Shown here one piece after another: positions 47,072 to 56,317 of a stretch of 64,000 bases of DNA; position 1 is the first letter of the stretch, and each line of letters begins with the position of its first letter. The stretch comes from Verrucomicrobiia bacterium. GTDB lineage: Bacteria; Verrucomicrobiota; Verrucomicrobiia; Palsa-1439. Below the pieces are notes generated by a model, which was not told the origin of the DNA, made no database searches, and worked only from the letters and a program-made list of their open reading frames with translations. The DNA lies in the NCBI GenBank assembly GCA_035541135.1, contig DATKNW010000016.1, positions 258,221 to 322,220 on the forward strand, written 5' to 3'. The position numbers and the translations under genes are program-made.

Positions 47072-47122
47072 AATGCCGGGTTGGAATTGACCGCCAGCGA
47101 ACTTGAGGGTACAGACCGTCCG

Positions 47123-47932
47123 ATGAAACAGACCGACTGGGGCAAGATCTGCGCCGCGCTGGCCGCCCGCATTCGCGAGCGGCGTCCGCTCATCCATCAC
47201 ATCACGAATTTCGTCGTGATGAACGATACGGCCAACGCCACGCTCGCGCTTGGCGCAACGCCCGTCATGGCCCACGCGCGCGAGGAGGTCGTCGAGATGG
47301 TCGGGATGGCGGGCGCGTTGGTGTTGAATCCCGGCACGCTGACCCCCGAGTGGGTCGAATCGATGCTGGCGGCTGGACGACGGGCGAACGAGCTGGGCGT
47401 GCCCGTGATTTATGATCCTGTCGGTGCCGGGGCGACGAAGCTGCGGACCAAAACCGGCATGAAATTCCTGAAGACGTTGAAGCTGGCAGTTGTGCGTGGC
47501 AATTCCGGCGAAATCGGCGCGCTCGCCGGCGCGGGCGGCGTGGTGCGCGGCGTGGACTCGGTGGAGGGCGTCCGCAATCCCGTCGAGGTGGCGAAGAATT
47601 TCGCGCGACGGCAGCGGTGTGTGGTTGCGATCACCGGCAAACGGGACATCGTCTCCGACGGCCACCGCGTGCTTGGCGTCGACAACGGGCACGCGCTGCT
47701 CCAGACGATCACCGGCAGCGGTTGCATGGCGACGACCGCGATTGCGGCGTTCTGCGCCGTCGAACCGGATTATCTCATCGCCACCACAGCAGCCCTGGCG
47801 TGTTACGGACTCGCTGCGGAGCGGGCCGCCCGCCGCGCCAAAGCCCCCGGCTCCTTCCGCGTCGCCCTCCTCGACGCGCTGTTTGAGTTGACCCCTGCGC
47901 AGATCAAGGCTGGCTCGAGGATCGTGGAATAA
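47123..47932 (+). CDS. thiM: Hydroxyethylthiazole kinase
   Basis: PLIHHITNFVVMNDTANATLALGATPVMAH, NPGT, DPVGAGAT and TGSGCM. Confidence 0.9.
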   Translation: MKQTDWGKICAALAARIRERRPLIHHITNFVVMNDTANATLALGATPVMAHAREEVVEMVGMAGALVLNPGTLTPEWVESMLAAGRRANELGVPVIYDPVGAGATKLRTKTGMKFLKTLKLAVVRGNSGEIGALAGAGGVVRGVDSVEGVRNPVEVAKNFARRQRCVVAITGKRDIVSDGHRVLGVDNGHALLQTITGSGCMATTAIAAFCAVEPDYLIATTAALACYGLAAERAARRAKAPGSFRVALLDALFELTPAQIKAGSRIVE

Positions 47933-47973
47933 CGTGTGCGACGCACGGACCGGAGCGCGGCATCCACGCATTG

Positions 47974-48666
47974 CTACATTGGCGTTTTGACGGAGCGCTT
48001 CGATTTGCCCGACTTGGGCTGCTGTGCGGGTTTCAGCCGCTGTCTCCTCTTCGGTCGCCGCGCGGCTGCATTTTGCCGCAGATCGTTCGCCACCCGGCAC
48101 ACGTGCAGCGTCACCATGTGGACGAGCGGCTGCAAAATCTCCTCGGGCAGCACGCGGCCGGCGAGGTAGGCTCCGCGCAACCGAGCCAGTCGATGCTCGT
48201 CGCCATCTTCGCCCATGAGCGAGGTCAGACGCGCCCAACTGCGCGCATCCGGTTTCTGGCAAAAGACCTGGCCAACCAGGAACGTCGCGTAGTGCCGTCC
48301 GCCGATGGTCAGAGGGATGGCGACTTCGGTCAAGCCGCTGCCGCACACGACCTGCTGCGGCACGAGTCGGGACCGGAGTTTTCTCTGGAGCAGCTCGCGG
48401 GCCTGACAGCAGATCGTCGATCCTTTCAGACCGGCGTCGTGGCAGAACCGGTTCTCGTGGCCGCACCATTGCGCCGAGTCGATTTCGAGATCGGGCGCTA
48501 CCAGGCGAATGGCCAACCCGGTCGCCTTGTGAAAAATGCTCATCCACTCGCGCACCCGAGGGTCTTGGCGGAGCGTCGACAGGGTTGCGCGGTCCTGTTC
48601 TCGTCTCCTCGTCCCAGTAGAGGATACTGTATTCATGAGAGGCACATAATCAGGGAAGATACTCAC
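47974..48666 (-). CDS. Stand-alone PocR sensory-domain protein (no DNA-binding domain seen)
   Basis: FCHDAGLKGSTICCQA...VCGSGLTEVAIPLTIGGRHYATFLVGQVF. Confidence 0.7.
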   Translation of the reverse strand: MSIFPDYVPLMNTVSSTGTRRREQDRATLSTLRQDPRVREWMSIFHKATGLAIRLVAPDLEIDSAQWCGHENRFCHDAGLKGSTICCQARELLQRKLRSRLVPQQVVCGSGLTEVAIPLTIGGRHYATFLVGQVFCQKPDARSWARLTSLMGEDGDEHRLARLRGAYLAGRVLPEEILQPLVHMVTLHVCRVANDLRQNAAARRPKRRQRLKPAQQPKSGKSKRSVKTPM

Positions 48667-48775
48667 TTTTTGACGACAGTAAACTCGTATTCGTCTGGGC
48701 GGCTGGATATGCCCGAAACGACGCGGGGGCGCGCCATTCCGCAGAGGAGCCGACCTCGATGAAAAGCCTTCCCGG

Positions 48776-51700
48776 CTACTGTATTTTTCCCATCACGCTG
48801 ATGAGCGATGGCGCTTGTCCGGCGGCGGACCGATTCGTGTTGATGACGAAGACTTCATTGGGCCCGGCAAATTGAAAGACGGAGTTTGTCAGGATCAGAC
48901 CACCAGCGTCGGCGACCGAAACGGTGTTGGTTGTCCCATCCGTCAGATTGATGAAATCGACCACCGTGGTGCTCACCAGACCCACGCTGACGGTGTAGAA
49001 ACACCGGAAGTTGCCGTTGGTGAAATTCACGCCCAACACGAACGTGGCATTTGTCAGGGCGGATGGTGCCGAGTTCGTTGGGGCGAATGCATTGGCTGCG
49101 GCGATCGTTTCCAGGCCGTTGGTCACGTCCATGGTGACATAGCCGGCATCGTTGGGGAAGAGGCTGACGTCCTGGTTCGTGTCGGCTTTGCCGGCGAGCG
49201 TGTCGGCATCGGGCAGGCCGTTGGTCACGGTCGTGGTGACGTAGCCAGCGTCATTGGGGAAGAGGCTGATGTTTTGGTTGGTGGCCGCGGCGCCGGCGAG
49301 CGCGTTGGCATCAGGCAGTCCATTGGTGACGGCTTGCGGGCCGATGCGGAGGGCGTCATTGGTGGCGTTCAGATCGCTCAGGTACGACAGTCCATTCGTC
49401 GCGCCGGCCGGAGCGGTCCATACGCCATCCTGACGGAGGAACTTCGTGGGATCGGGAGCGCCGGCGTTGGCCACGAGGCCGGTATTGCTGCCGCTGAAGA
49501 TGTTGGTGGACGCTTTGCTGGCAAGCGTATTGGCGTCGGGCAGACCGTTGGTCACGATCGCGGTCACATAGCCGGCATCGTTGGGGAAGAGACTGACGTT
49601 TTGGTTGGTGGCGGCCACGCTGGCCAATGCGTTGGCATCGGGCAAGCCATTGGTCACGGTCGCGGTGACGTAGCCGGCATCATTGGGGAACAGGCTCACA
49701 TTCTGGTTGGTGGCGGCTTTGCTGGCGAGTGCGTTCACATCCGGCAGAGCGTTGGTCACGATCGCGGTCACATAGCCCGCGTTGTTGGGGAACAGGCTGA
49801 TGTTCTGGTTGGTGCCGGCTTTGCCGTCGAGCGTGGTGGCGTCGGGCAGACCGTTAGTGATTGAGTTCACAAGGTTGCTCCAGCCAGAAGTCGAGAGATT
49901 TCCCAGATTGCCGGAATTGGCGGCGAACGTGGCGGTGCCGGCCGACATACCTGAATAGGTGCCGTTGGTCTGAGCGACCGCATTGGTCACGGTCGCGGTG
50001 ACGTAAGCCGCGTCGTTGGGGAAGAGGCTGACATTCTGGTTGGTGGCCGCTTTGCCGGCCATTGCGTTGGCATCGGCCAGGCCGTTGGTGACGGCTTGTG
50101 GGCCAATGCGGATGGCGTTATTGGTGGCGTTCAGATCGTTCAGGTAGGCGAATCCGTTTGTCGTCGGCGCCCAGGAACCATCCTGGCGGAGGAACTTGGT
50201 GAGATCAGGGGCCCCGGCGTTGAAGACCAGGCCGGTATTGCTGCCGCTGAAGAGATTGGTCGACGCCTTGCCAACCATCGCGTTGGCATCGGGCAGACCA
50301 TTGGTCACGGTTATGGTGACATAGCCAGCGTCATTGGGGAAGAGGCTGACGTTCCGGTTGGTGGCGGCTTTGCCGGCGAGAGCGTTGGCATCGGGCAGAC
50401 CATTGGTCACAGCCATCGTGACATAGGCGGCGTTGTTGGGGAACAGGCTGATATTCTGGTTGGTAGCGGCTTTGCCGGCCATCGCGTTAGCATCGGGCAG
50501 ACCGTTGGTGACGGCCTTCGTGACATAGGCGGCATCATTGGGGAACAGGCTGACATTCTGGTTGGTGTTGGCCTTGCCGGCAAGCGTGTTGGCATTCGGC
50601 AAGCCATTGGTGACGGCGGTCACGAAGTTGCTCCAGCCGGCAGCGGCCAGATTTCCCAGACTGGCGGAATTGGCGGCGAACGTGGCGGTGCCGACCGACA
50701 TGCCCGGGTAGGTTGCCGTGGCCCCACTCCCGTTCAAGGAGCCGGCCGTCGTGGCGAATGTGGCGGTGCCGACGCTCATCCCGGCATAGGTCGCCGTGAC
50801 GGCCGAGCCGTTGATAGAACCCGCCGTTGTCGCAAAGCTGGCGGTGCCGACGGACATGCCGGAATACGTGGCGTTGGTTTGAGCGACCGCATTGGTGACG
50901 GTCTTGGTGACGTAAGCCGCGTCGTTGGGGAAGAGGCTGACATTCTGGTTGGTGGCCGCTTTGCCGGCCATCGCGTTGGCATCGGCTAGGCCGTTGGTGA
51001 CGGCTTGTGGGCCAATGCGGATGGCGTTATTGGTGGCGTTCAGATCGTTCAGGTAGGCGAATCCATTGGTCGTCGGCGCCCAGGAACCATCCTCGCGGAG
51101 GAACTTCGAGAGATCGGGAGCGCCGACGTTGAAGACCAGGCCGGTATTGCTACCACTGAAGAGATTGGTCGACGCCTTGCCGGCCATCGCGTTGGCATCG
51201 GGCAGGCCATTGGTGACGGCGAGCGGGCCGAGCCGGATGGCAGCATTCGTGGCATTCAGATCGCTCAGATAGGCGAATCCATTGGTCGTCGGTGCCCAGG
51301 AACCATCTTCACGGAGGAACTTCGAGAGATCGGGAGCGCCGACATTGAAGACCAGGCCGGTATTGCTGCCGCTGAAGAGATTGGTCGACGCTTTGCCAAC
51401 CATCGCGTTGGCGTCCGGCAGGCCATTGGTGACGGCTTTGGTGACGTAGGCGGCGTCGTTGGGAAAGAGACTGATATTTTGGTTCGTGGCGGCTTTGCCG
51501 ACCATCGCGTTGGCGTCGGGCAGGCCGTTGGTGACGGCGAGCGGGCCGAGGCGGATCGCATCGTTCGTGGCCCACAGATCGCTCATATAGACAAATCCAT
51601 TAGTCCCTCCCGCCGGAGCCCATGTCCCATCTTCACGGAGGAACTTCGTGGGATCGGGTACGCCGACGTGGAAGACGAGGCCGGTATTGCTGCCGCTGAA

Positions 51701-52846
51701 GAGGTTGGTCGAGGCTTTGCCGACCATCGCGTTGGCATCGGGCAGTCCATTGGTGACGGCGAGCGGGCCGAGGCGGAGGGCAGCATTCGTAGCGTTCAGG
51801 TCGTTCAGGTAGGCGAATCCATTGGTCGTCGGCGCCCACGAACCATCTTCACGGAGGAACATCGAGAGATCGGGTGCCCCGGTGTTGAAGACGAGGCCGG
51901 TGTTGCTGCCGCTGAAGAGATTGGTCGTCGCTTTGCCGACCATCGCATTGGCGTCGGGCAAGCCATTGGTGACGGCCTTGGTGACGTAGGCAGCGTCATT
52001 GGGGAAGAGGCTGATGTTCTGGTTGGTGTTGGCTTTGCCGGCCATCGCGTTGGCATCGGGCAGGCCGTTGGTGACGGCGGTCACGAAGTTGCTCCAGCCA
52101 GAAGTCGAGAGATCACCCAGGCTGGCAGAATTGACGGCAAACGTGGCGGTGCCGACCGACATGCCCGAGTACGTGGCGTTGGTTTGGGCGACGGCGTTGG
52201 TCACGGTCGCGGTGACATAGCCGGCATCGTTGGGAAGGATGCTGACATTCTGGCTCGTCGCGATGACCAGTTGCGGTTGGTGGGAGGTCGTCGTGCTCTC
52301 TTTGCTGTCGAACGAGACGTTGACGCTGGACGCGTTGGGAACGATGGCAATGCCGTTGTTGGTGATCGTCCCGTCCACCCAATTCTTCACCAGCTCCGTC
52401 AAATCCACCGTGACGAACTGGCCCTCGACCGGGACCACGCCGGCCGTTTCCATCTGAAGCAGTGCGGGCGCTTTCGCCCATGTCACCGTTTGTTCGTTCC
52501 ATGCTTCACCGACCGAGACGACATCGAATGTGCCGCTGCGAGCGAGGGTGTTGACGTACAGGATCAGTGTGGCTTTCAGAATATTTGTGTTGGCGGTGCC
52601 GGCGGGGAGCGTGGACAGGTCAAACTTCAGTAGCGCGTCGCATTCGGCGCGCGCGTTCAATGGCCCCACGACGCGCAGAGAGTGCTGGGAGGCGGCACTC
52701 GGAACGGCCTTCGGTTTGGCGGCTAGGATCGTCGAATTGTCGGTGAGTACGGCCTCCTGCGCCTCAGCGCTTCCAGGGCACACCCCGGCCATCACGACCA
52801 CGAAGGCGCTTAGTACGACTGCCCTGGTCAGTCCCTCCCCCTTCAT
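48776..52846 (-). CDS. 1356-aa secreted repeat protein: signal peptide, DNRLRE/CBM-like N-terminal domain, ~1050-aa modular repeat shaft and a unique ~110-aa C-terminal domain
   Basis: Signal peptide ..VCPGSAEA. N-terminal domain motifs LLKFDLSTLP...ATLILYV...WNEQTVTWAKAP...DLTELVKNWV. Repeats are of the type VTNGLPDANAMAGKAATNQNISLFPNDAAYVTKA. Confidence 0.85.
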   Translation of the reverse strand: MKGEGLTRAVVLSAFVVVMAGVCPGSAEAQEAVLTDNSTILAAKPKAVPSAASQHSLRVVGPLNARAECDALLKFDLSTLPAGTANTNILKATLILYVNTLARSGTFDVVSVGEAWNEQTVTWAKAPALLQMETAGVVPVEGQFVTVDLTELVKNWVDGTITNNGIAIVPNASSVNVSFDSKESTTTSHQPQLVIATSQNVSILPNDAGYVTATVTNAVAQTNATYSGMSVGTATFAVNSASLGDLSTSGWSNFVTAVTNGLPDANAMAGKANTNQNISLFPNDAAYVTKAVTNGLPDANAMVGKATTNLFSGSNTGLVFNTGAPDLSMFLREDGSWAPTTNGFAYLNDLNATNAALRLGPLAVTNGLPDANAMVGKASTNLFSGSNTGLVFHVGVPDPTKFLREDGTWAPAGGTNGFVYMSDLWATNDAIRLGPLAVTNGLPDANAMVGKAATNQNISLFPNDAAYVTKAVTNGLPDANAMVGKASTNLFSGSNTGLVFNVGAPDLSKFLREDGSWAPTTNGFAYLSDLNATNAAIRLGPLAVTNGLPDANAMAGKASTNLFSGSNTGLVFNVGAPDLSKFLREDGSWAPTTNGFAYLNDLNATNNAIRIGPQAVTNGLADANAMAGKAATNQNVSLFPNDAAYVTKTVTNAVAQTNATYSGMSVGTASFATTAGSINGSAVTATYAGMSVGTATFATTAGSLNGSGATATYPGMSVGTATFAANSASLGNLAAAGWSNFVTAVTNGLPNANTLAGKANTNQNVSLFPNDAAYVTKAVTNGLPDANAMAGKAATNQNISLFPNNAAYVTMAVTNGLPDANALAGKAATNRNVSLFPNDAGYVTITVTNGLPDANAMVGKASTNLFSGSNTGLVFNAGAPDLTKFLRQDGSWAPTTNGFAYLNDLNATNNAIRIGPQAVTNGLADANAMAGKAATNQNVSLFPNDAAYVTATVTNAVAQTNGTYSGMSAGTATFAANSGNLGNLSTSGWSNLVNSITNGLPDATTLDGKAGTNQNISLFPNNAGYVTAIVTNALPDVNALASKAATNQNVSLFPNDAGYVTATVTNGLPDANALASVAATNQNVSLFPNDAGYVTAIVTNGLPDANTLASKASTNIFSGSNTGLVANAGAPDPTKFLRQDGVWTAPAGATNGLSYLSDLNATNDALRIGPQAVTNGLPDANALAGAAATNQNISLFPNDAGYVTTTVTNGLPDADTLAGKADTNQDVSLFPNDAGYVTMDVTNGLETIAAANAFAPTNSAPSALTNATFVLGVNFTNGNFRCFYTVSVGLVSTTVVDFINLTDGTTNTVSVADAGGLILTNSVFQFAGPNEVFVINTNRSAAGQAPSLISVMGKIQ
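49110..52260 (-). repeat. Intragenic hierarchical tandem repeats: 33-aa, ~72-aa and ~43-aa modules nested in a 909-nt super-repeat
   Basis: Near-identical DNA recurs with a 909-nt offset; for example, the shadow ORFs starting at 50096 and 51005 begin with the same 20 residues. Confidence 0.85.
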
Positions 52847-53017
52847 AAAATGCTACGAATCACTTCTGGCGCGACGCGAGTTGGGCCTCACGGATCGCCG
52901 TAAACGGCTCCGGATTGCGGCTGCGGTAGCTCTTCCCCGGTTCAAATCGCCCGCTTCCGCCGTCAGGCGGGTGGATGTGCCCGACGCTTCATCCAGGCGT
53001 ATGATCACCCTTGGAAC

Positions 53018-53033
53018 TGGACACAATTGTCCA
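53018..53033. promoter_or_regulatory. Palindrome TGGACA-CAAT-TGTCCA upstream of the giant repeat-protein gene
   Basis: Perfect 6-bp arms, 172-187 nt upstream of the 52846 start. Confidence 0.3.
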
Positions 53034-53111
53034 AAGGCCGCACGTACGTCGCCTCCCTCCGTCCTCTTCGCTAATTGTATCGGCAGAAACAGCGTCGGGC
53101 CTTAGCCGTGG

Positions 53112-54341
53112 CTACTGGCGGCGGGCTTCGTGGAAGGCGCGGGCGAGGATGGCGGCGTTTTTGGCGATGAGGAAGTGCTGTTCGGTCCAGCGCCGGCCGG
53201 CTTCGCCGAGTTGATGGCGCGATTTCGGATCTTCGACGAGGCGTTTGACAGCAGCCGCGAGTTCGGCGGTGTTGGACGGTTCCACGAGCAATCCGGTGAC
53301 CTCGTCGGCGACGGCTTCCATCGGACCGGCGGTGCGACTGGAGATGACAGGCAGGCAATACGCGAACGCTTCGGGGATGACGTTGGGGATGCCGTCGCGG
53401 TCGCCTTCGGGATCGACGACGCCCGTGTGCCAGAAGATGTCGGCCCACAGATATTGTTCGTCGACCTTCTCGGGCGCGAGCGGCCCGGTGAGCGTGACGA
53501 AGTTGGTTAGGCCATCGCGCTCGATCTGCCGCTGAAGGTCGCCACGAAGCGGCCCGTCGCCGACGATTCGCGCCTCGAACGGCACGCCCGATGATTTCAG
53601 CAGCGCGCACGCGGCGAGTTGGTGGATGTGGCCCTTCTTCGCGACGAGACGACCGACGGAGAGGAGACGCACCGGGCGCGTGGTCGTCGCATCGCGGACG
53701 GGTTTTGGCGGAAGCTGTTCGAGACCGCGGCGGGCGAGAATGATTTTCACGGGCGCGCCGTGGGCGCGTTCGCGCAAATAATCAGCGCCGGCTTCGGTGG
53801 TGGTGTGGACGAATGCCGCGGCGCGCAATTTCGGTTCGAGGAACGCGTCGCCGCCGTGACGATAGATGTCGTAGGCGTGCCCGCCAAAGCTGAACGGCAC
53901 GCCGCAGAGTCGGCCGAGGATCGCGGCGGCGGTGGCGGGTGCGGTGGCCCATACGCCGTGGATGATGTCGGGTTTGTTCTTGCGGATGCGATTGGCGCGG
54001 CAAACGGCGAAGACGGCGGCCCAGAGGGTCGACCAAAAATTCTCGGAGTTTGCTGGTCGATACCGGCGGTACAGCTGCCAGCCGTCGCGGAGCAGCCCGG
54101 GACCGCGGATGAGTTCGCGGGGAAGGGCGACGACGAGCGTGATGGCTTCCCACCAGCGAAACGTGTCGACGGGCACGCCTTCGACCTGAAGAGGAACATC
54201 GGCGGGATCGGGTGGGAAGAGCGAATGGATTTCGACGCGGATGCCCTGATCGCGCAGGCCGGCGACTTCGCGGCGGAAGAACGTTTGCGAGAGCACGGGA
54301 TAGCGCTCGAAGATGTAGGCGACGGTCGGCGGCGCGCTCAT
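53112..54341 (-). CDS. Glycosyltransferase family 4
   Basis: VAYIFERYPVLSQTF, RLVAKKGH and EGDRDGIPNVIPEAFAYCLPVISS. The ATG at 54341 was chosen; the upstream 100 codons are Arg/Pro-rich noise. Confidence 0.85.
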   Translation of the reverse strand: MSAPPTVAYIFERYPVLSQTFFRREVAGLRDQGIRVEIHSLFPPDPADVPLQVEGVPVDTFRWWEAITLVVALPRELIRGPGLLRDGWQLYRRYRPANSENFWSTLWAAVFAVCRANRIRKNKPDIIHGVWATAPATAAAILGRLCGVPFSFGGHAYDIYRHGGDAFLEPKLRAAAFVHTTTEAGADYLRERAHGAPVKIILARRGLEQLPPKPVRDATTTRPVRLLSVGRLVAKKGHIHQLAACALLKSSGVPFEARIVGDGPLRGDLQRQIERDGLTNFVTLTGPLAPEKVDEQYLWADIFWHTGVVDPEGDRDGIPNVIPEAFAYCLPVISSRTAGPMEAVADEVTGLLVEPSNTAELAAAVKRLVEDPKSRHQLGEAGRRWTEQHFLIAKNAAILARAFHEARRQ

Positions 54342-55399
54342 GGCTGTCTCTTCCGGGAATAGCTCTCGATCAATTCCCGCACGCGACTGGTGACGGCGTC
54401 GGTGCCGTCGATGAATTTGGTTTGCACGTTGCGCCGGTATTCGTCGAGGCGCGCCTCGAAATTCGCGAACGCGTCCGGCGTCGGATGAAAGCCGAGGGAG
54501 AAATCGCCGTAGCCGAGTTCGCGGACGTAGCGGGCGTTGATGAACTGCTCGAAGGTGTTGGCGATGGGGAAACACAGCAGTGGCTTGCCGAAAAACAGCG
54601 CCTCGCAAATCAGGTTGTGGCCGGCGTTGACGACCGCGTAGCAACTGCCGGCGAGGTCGGCGAGGATCGCATCCTTGTCGAACGGTTTGAACGTCAGGTT
54701 GCCTTCCGTGGCCTTCTCGTTGCGAAAACCGTAGACGACGACGGGGCGCTTGATCTGCCGCGCGACATCGATCAACGCGCCGAAGGTCGGCGTGGTCTGG
54801 TAGATGAAAACGTAATCGCCGGTCGCGGCCCGATGTTCGCGCACGGCGGCGCGGAGCACGGGCGGGAGCAATTCGTTTTGCCCGCCTGGTTTCAACTCGA
54901 GATGGAAAAACGAGGTGACGAGGTTGTGTCGCGTGTTGTTGAAGAACAGGGTGTCTTCGAGGCGCGCGAGCGACCAGGAAATCGCCTGCGAGGCCGGCAC
55001 GTCGTATCGGCAGACCTGCAACACGTGCGAGTGATCGAGCGAAAAGATCGGCAGCCCCGCGCGGTGGGCGGCGTGCGGCAGAAAGAACTCACGGTCGCAG
55101 ATCGCGACATCGGGTTGCCAGTGGTCGATCAGGTCGAGGATCTGGCGGTTGACGCGCGTGATACTGGCGACGCAGCGGGCCAGATGACCGCACGTGCGCG
55201 GCACCGATACGCGGTGGTTCTGATAGACGGTGTGGGCGACGGGCACTTTCAGGACGGGATATTGGCCGCGGAGGATTTCGGGGACGCGCCCGCCGCCGAC
55301 GAAATGGAATTCGTGGTCGGTCAGCCGCCCCGTAACGGCGAGGGCGCGCGACACGTGCCCGAACGTGTTGCCCATCACTCCGTACAGGACCCGTGCCAT
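54338..55399 (-). CDS. GT-B glycosyltransferase (Glyco_trans_1_3 / MurG-like)
   Basis: MARVLYGVMGNTFGHVSRALAV and NAGHNLICEALFFGKPLLCFP. ATGA overlap with the downstream gene. Confidence 0.75.
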   Translation of the reverse strand: MARVLYGVMGNTFGHVSRALAVTGRLTDHEFHFVGGGRVPEILRGQYPVLKVPVAHTVYQNHRVSVPRTCGHLARCVASITRVNRQILDLIDHWQPDVAICDREFFLPHAAHRAGLPIFSLDHSHVLQVCRYDVPASQAISWSLARLEDTLFFNNTRHNLVTSFFHLELKPGGQNELLPPVLRAAVREHRAATGDYVFIYQTTPTFGALIDVARQIKRPVVVYGFRNEKATEGNLTFKPFDKDAILADLAGSCYAVVNAGHNLICEALFFGKPLLCFPIANTFEQFINARYVRELGYGDFSLGFHPTPDAFANFEARLDEYRRNVQTKFIDGTDAVTSRVRELIESYSRKRQP

Positions 55400-55760
55400 G
55401 ACCTTGCGGACACTCTCCTCATTGCCACATTTTGCGCCTGACCGCGCGGTGGATTCCCGGATAAGATGCCGGGCGCGGAGGCAACGGCATGGCAGCATAC
55501 CGAATCTGAGGTGTGTGGGTAACACTTTTTTACAAGATGGGTAATGGCTGATGGGGATGGAGCGGAAGGGGCCAGCCACAAATCCTCCTTCGTCAAGGAC
55601 TTCCGCCGGCGCCAAGGCTATGGCGGACAAGACGGCGGACAAGTGGACGCGAAGGACTCCGCTCGGCCCTTGACCACGCCGATACGCCTGCCGCATTTCG
55701 CCCGTGACGGTCAAGTGCGCGACTAACCACGACGACAATCGCAAGAGGGCGGGGACGGAT

Positions 55761-55816
55761 CAACATTCAACGTCCAACGTCCAACGTCCAACGTCCAACG
55801 CTCAAGGTTCAAGAGA
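55761..55816. repeat. Heptanucleotide microsatellite (CAACGTC)n: 4 perfect plus 4 degenerate units
   Basis: Read directly. The perfect units span 55768-55795. Confidence 0.85.
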
Positions 55817-55904
55817 AGAGGCGCGGGCGGGGACAGAGGCGGGGGAGAGCAAGAGAGAGTGGGAGCAAGAGAAAGAGCGGCGCACGACAGAGAGGCGTTT
55901 ACGG

Positions 55905-55960
55905 CACAGGCGGGACGCCTATGCAACATTTACGGCGCAGGCGGGCGGGACGCCCACCCC
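55905..55960 (+). repeat. REP-like twin hairpin unit (CACAGGCG-GGA-CGCCTATG ... GGCGGGCG-GGA-CGCCCACC)
   Basis: Both hairpins have a GGA loop. The unit recurs at 56407-56460 and, with variants, at 58687-58740. Confidence 0.6.
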
Positions 55961-55984
55961 ACTATGGCGGCGTGGAATATATGC

Positions 55985-56013
55985 TTGACCATCTGTATGC
56001 GACGTTGTATTAT
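55985..56013 (+). promoter_or_regulatory. Sigma70-consensus-like promoter TTGACC-N17-TATTAT with no ORF downstream
   Basis: Hexamers and spacing were read directly. The downstream 300 nt is noncoding and repeat-rich. Confidence 0.35.
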
Positions 56014-56216
56014 CGGCGCATGATAATGGTTTGTGAAGGGGGAAGCTGGGGTAGCGGAGGGGATCGAGGGAGAGCCGCGACGGGGGGGCAGGGGGGTATA
56101 TATGTGTTTTTACGAAACGAACCCAGAAGTTGGAGCCCTGTGATTTTTGCAAGCTGGGTAGTACCAAGCGGTTGGAAAAGTCGAGTGTCGGATTTCTTTA
56201 CACTCGGAAGTGAAAA

Positions 56217-56260
56217 ACGAACCCAGAACGAACCCAGAACGAACCCAGAACGAACCGAAA
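56217..56260. repeat. 11-nt tandem repeat (ACGAACCCAGA)x3 plus one degenerate unit; further single copies at 56117, 56281 and 56302
   Basis: Read directly. The 10-mer ACGAACCCAG occurs six times within 200 nt. Confidence 0.85.
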
Positions 56261-56317
56261 AGAACCTGCCGCCGAGCAAAACGAACCCAGGATTTACGAA
56301 AACGAACCCAGTTTTTA

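Noticed and set aside
47072-47122. Expected TPP riboswitch upstream of thiM
   Set aside because: Only ~50 nt separate thiM from the preceding gene, and no CUGAGA / ACCUGAUCUGGAUAAUGCCAGCG-like core is visible.
48815-52633. Plus-strand ORFs of 297-542 aa inside the giant repeat gene (48815-49864, 50096-50989, 51005-52633)
   Set aside because: These are the reverse-complement reading of the repeat array (monotonous GIG.A.GDG sequence). The minus-strand frame has a signal peptide, a folded N-terminal domain and a coherent module structure.
53112-54644. Long N-terminal extensions of several track ORFs (53112-54644, 54338-55744, 62093-63223, 34957-35943, 16784-17770, 21681-23117, 7114-7755)
   Set aside because: The upstream parts overlap neighbouring genes or are low-complexity. 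Internal starts coincide with the conserved N-termini of the families and with stop/start overlaps.
55761-56260. CRISPR array
   Set aside because: The repeat units are only 7 and 11 nt, are contiguous without spacers, and no cas genes are present.
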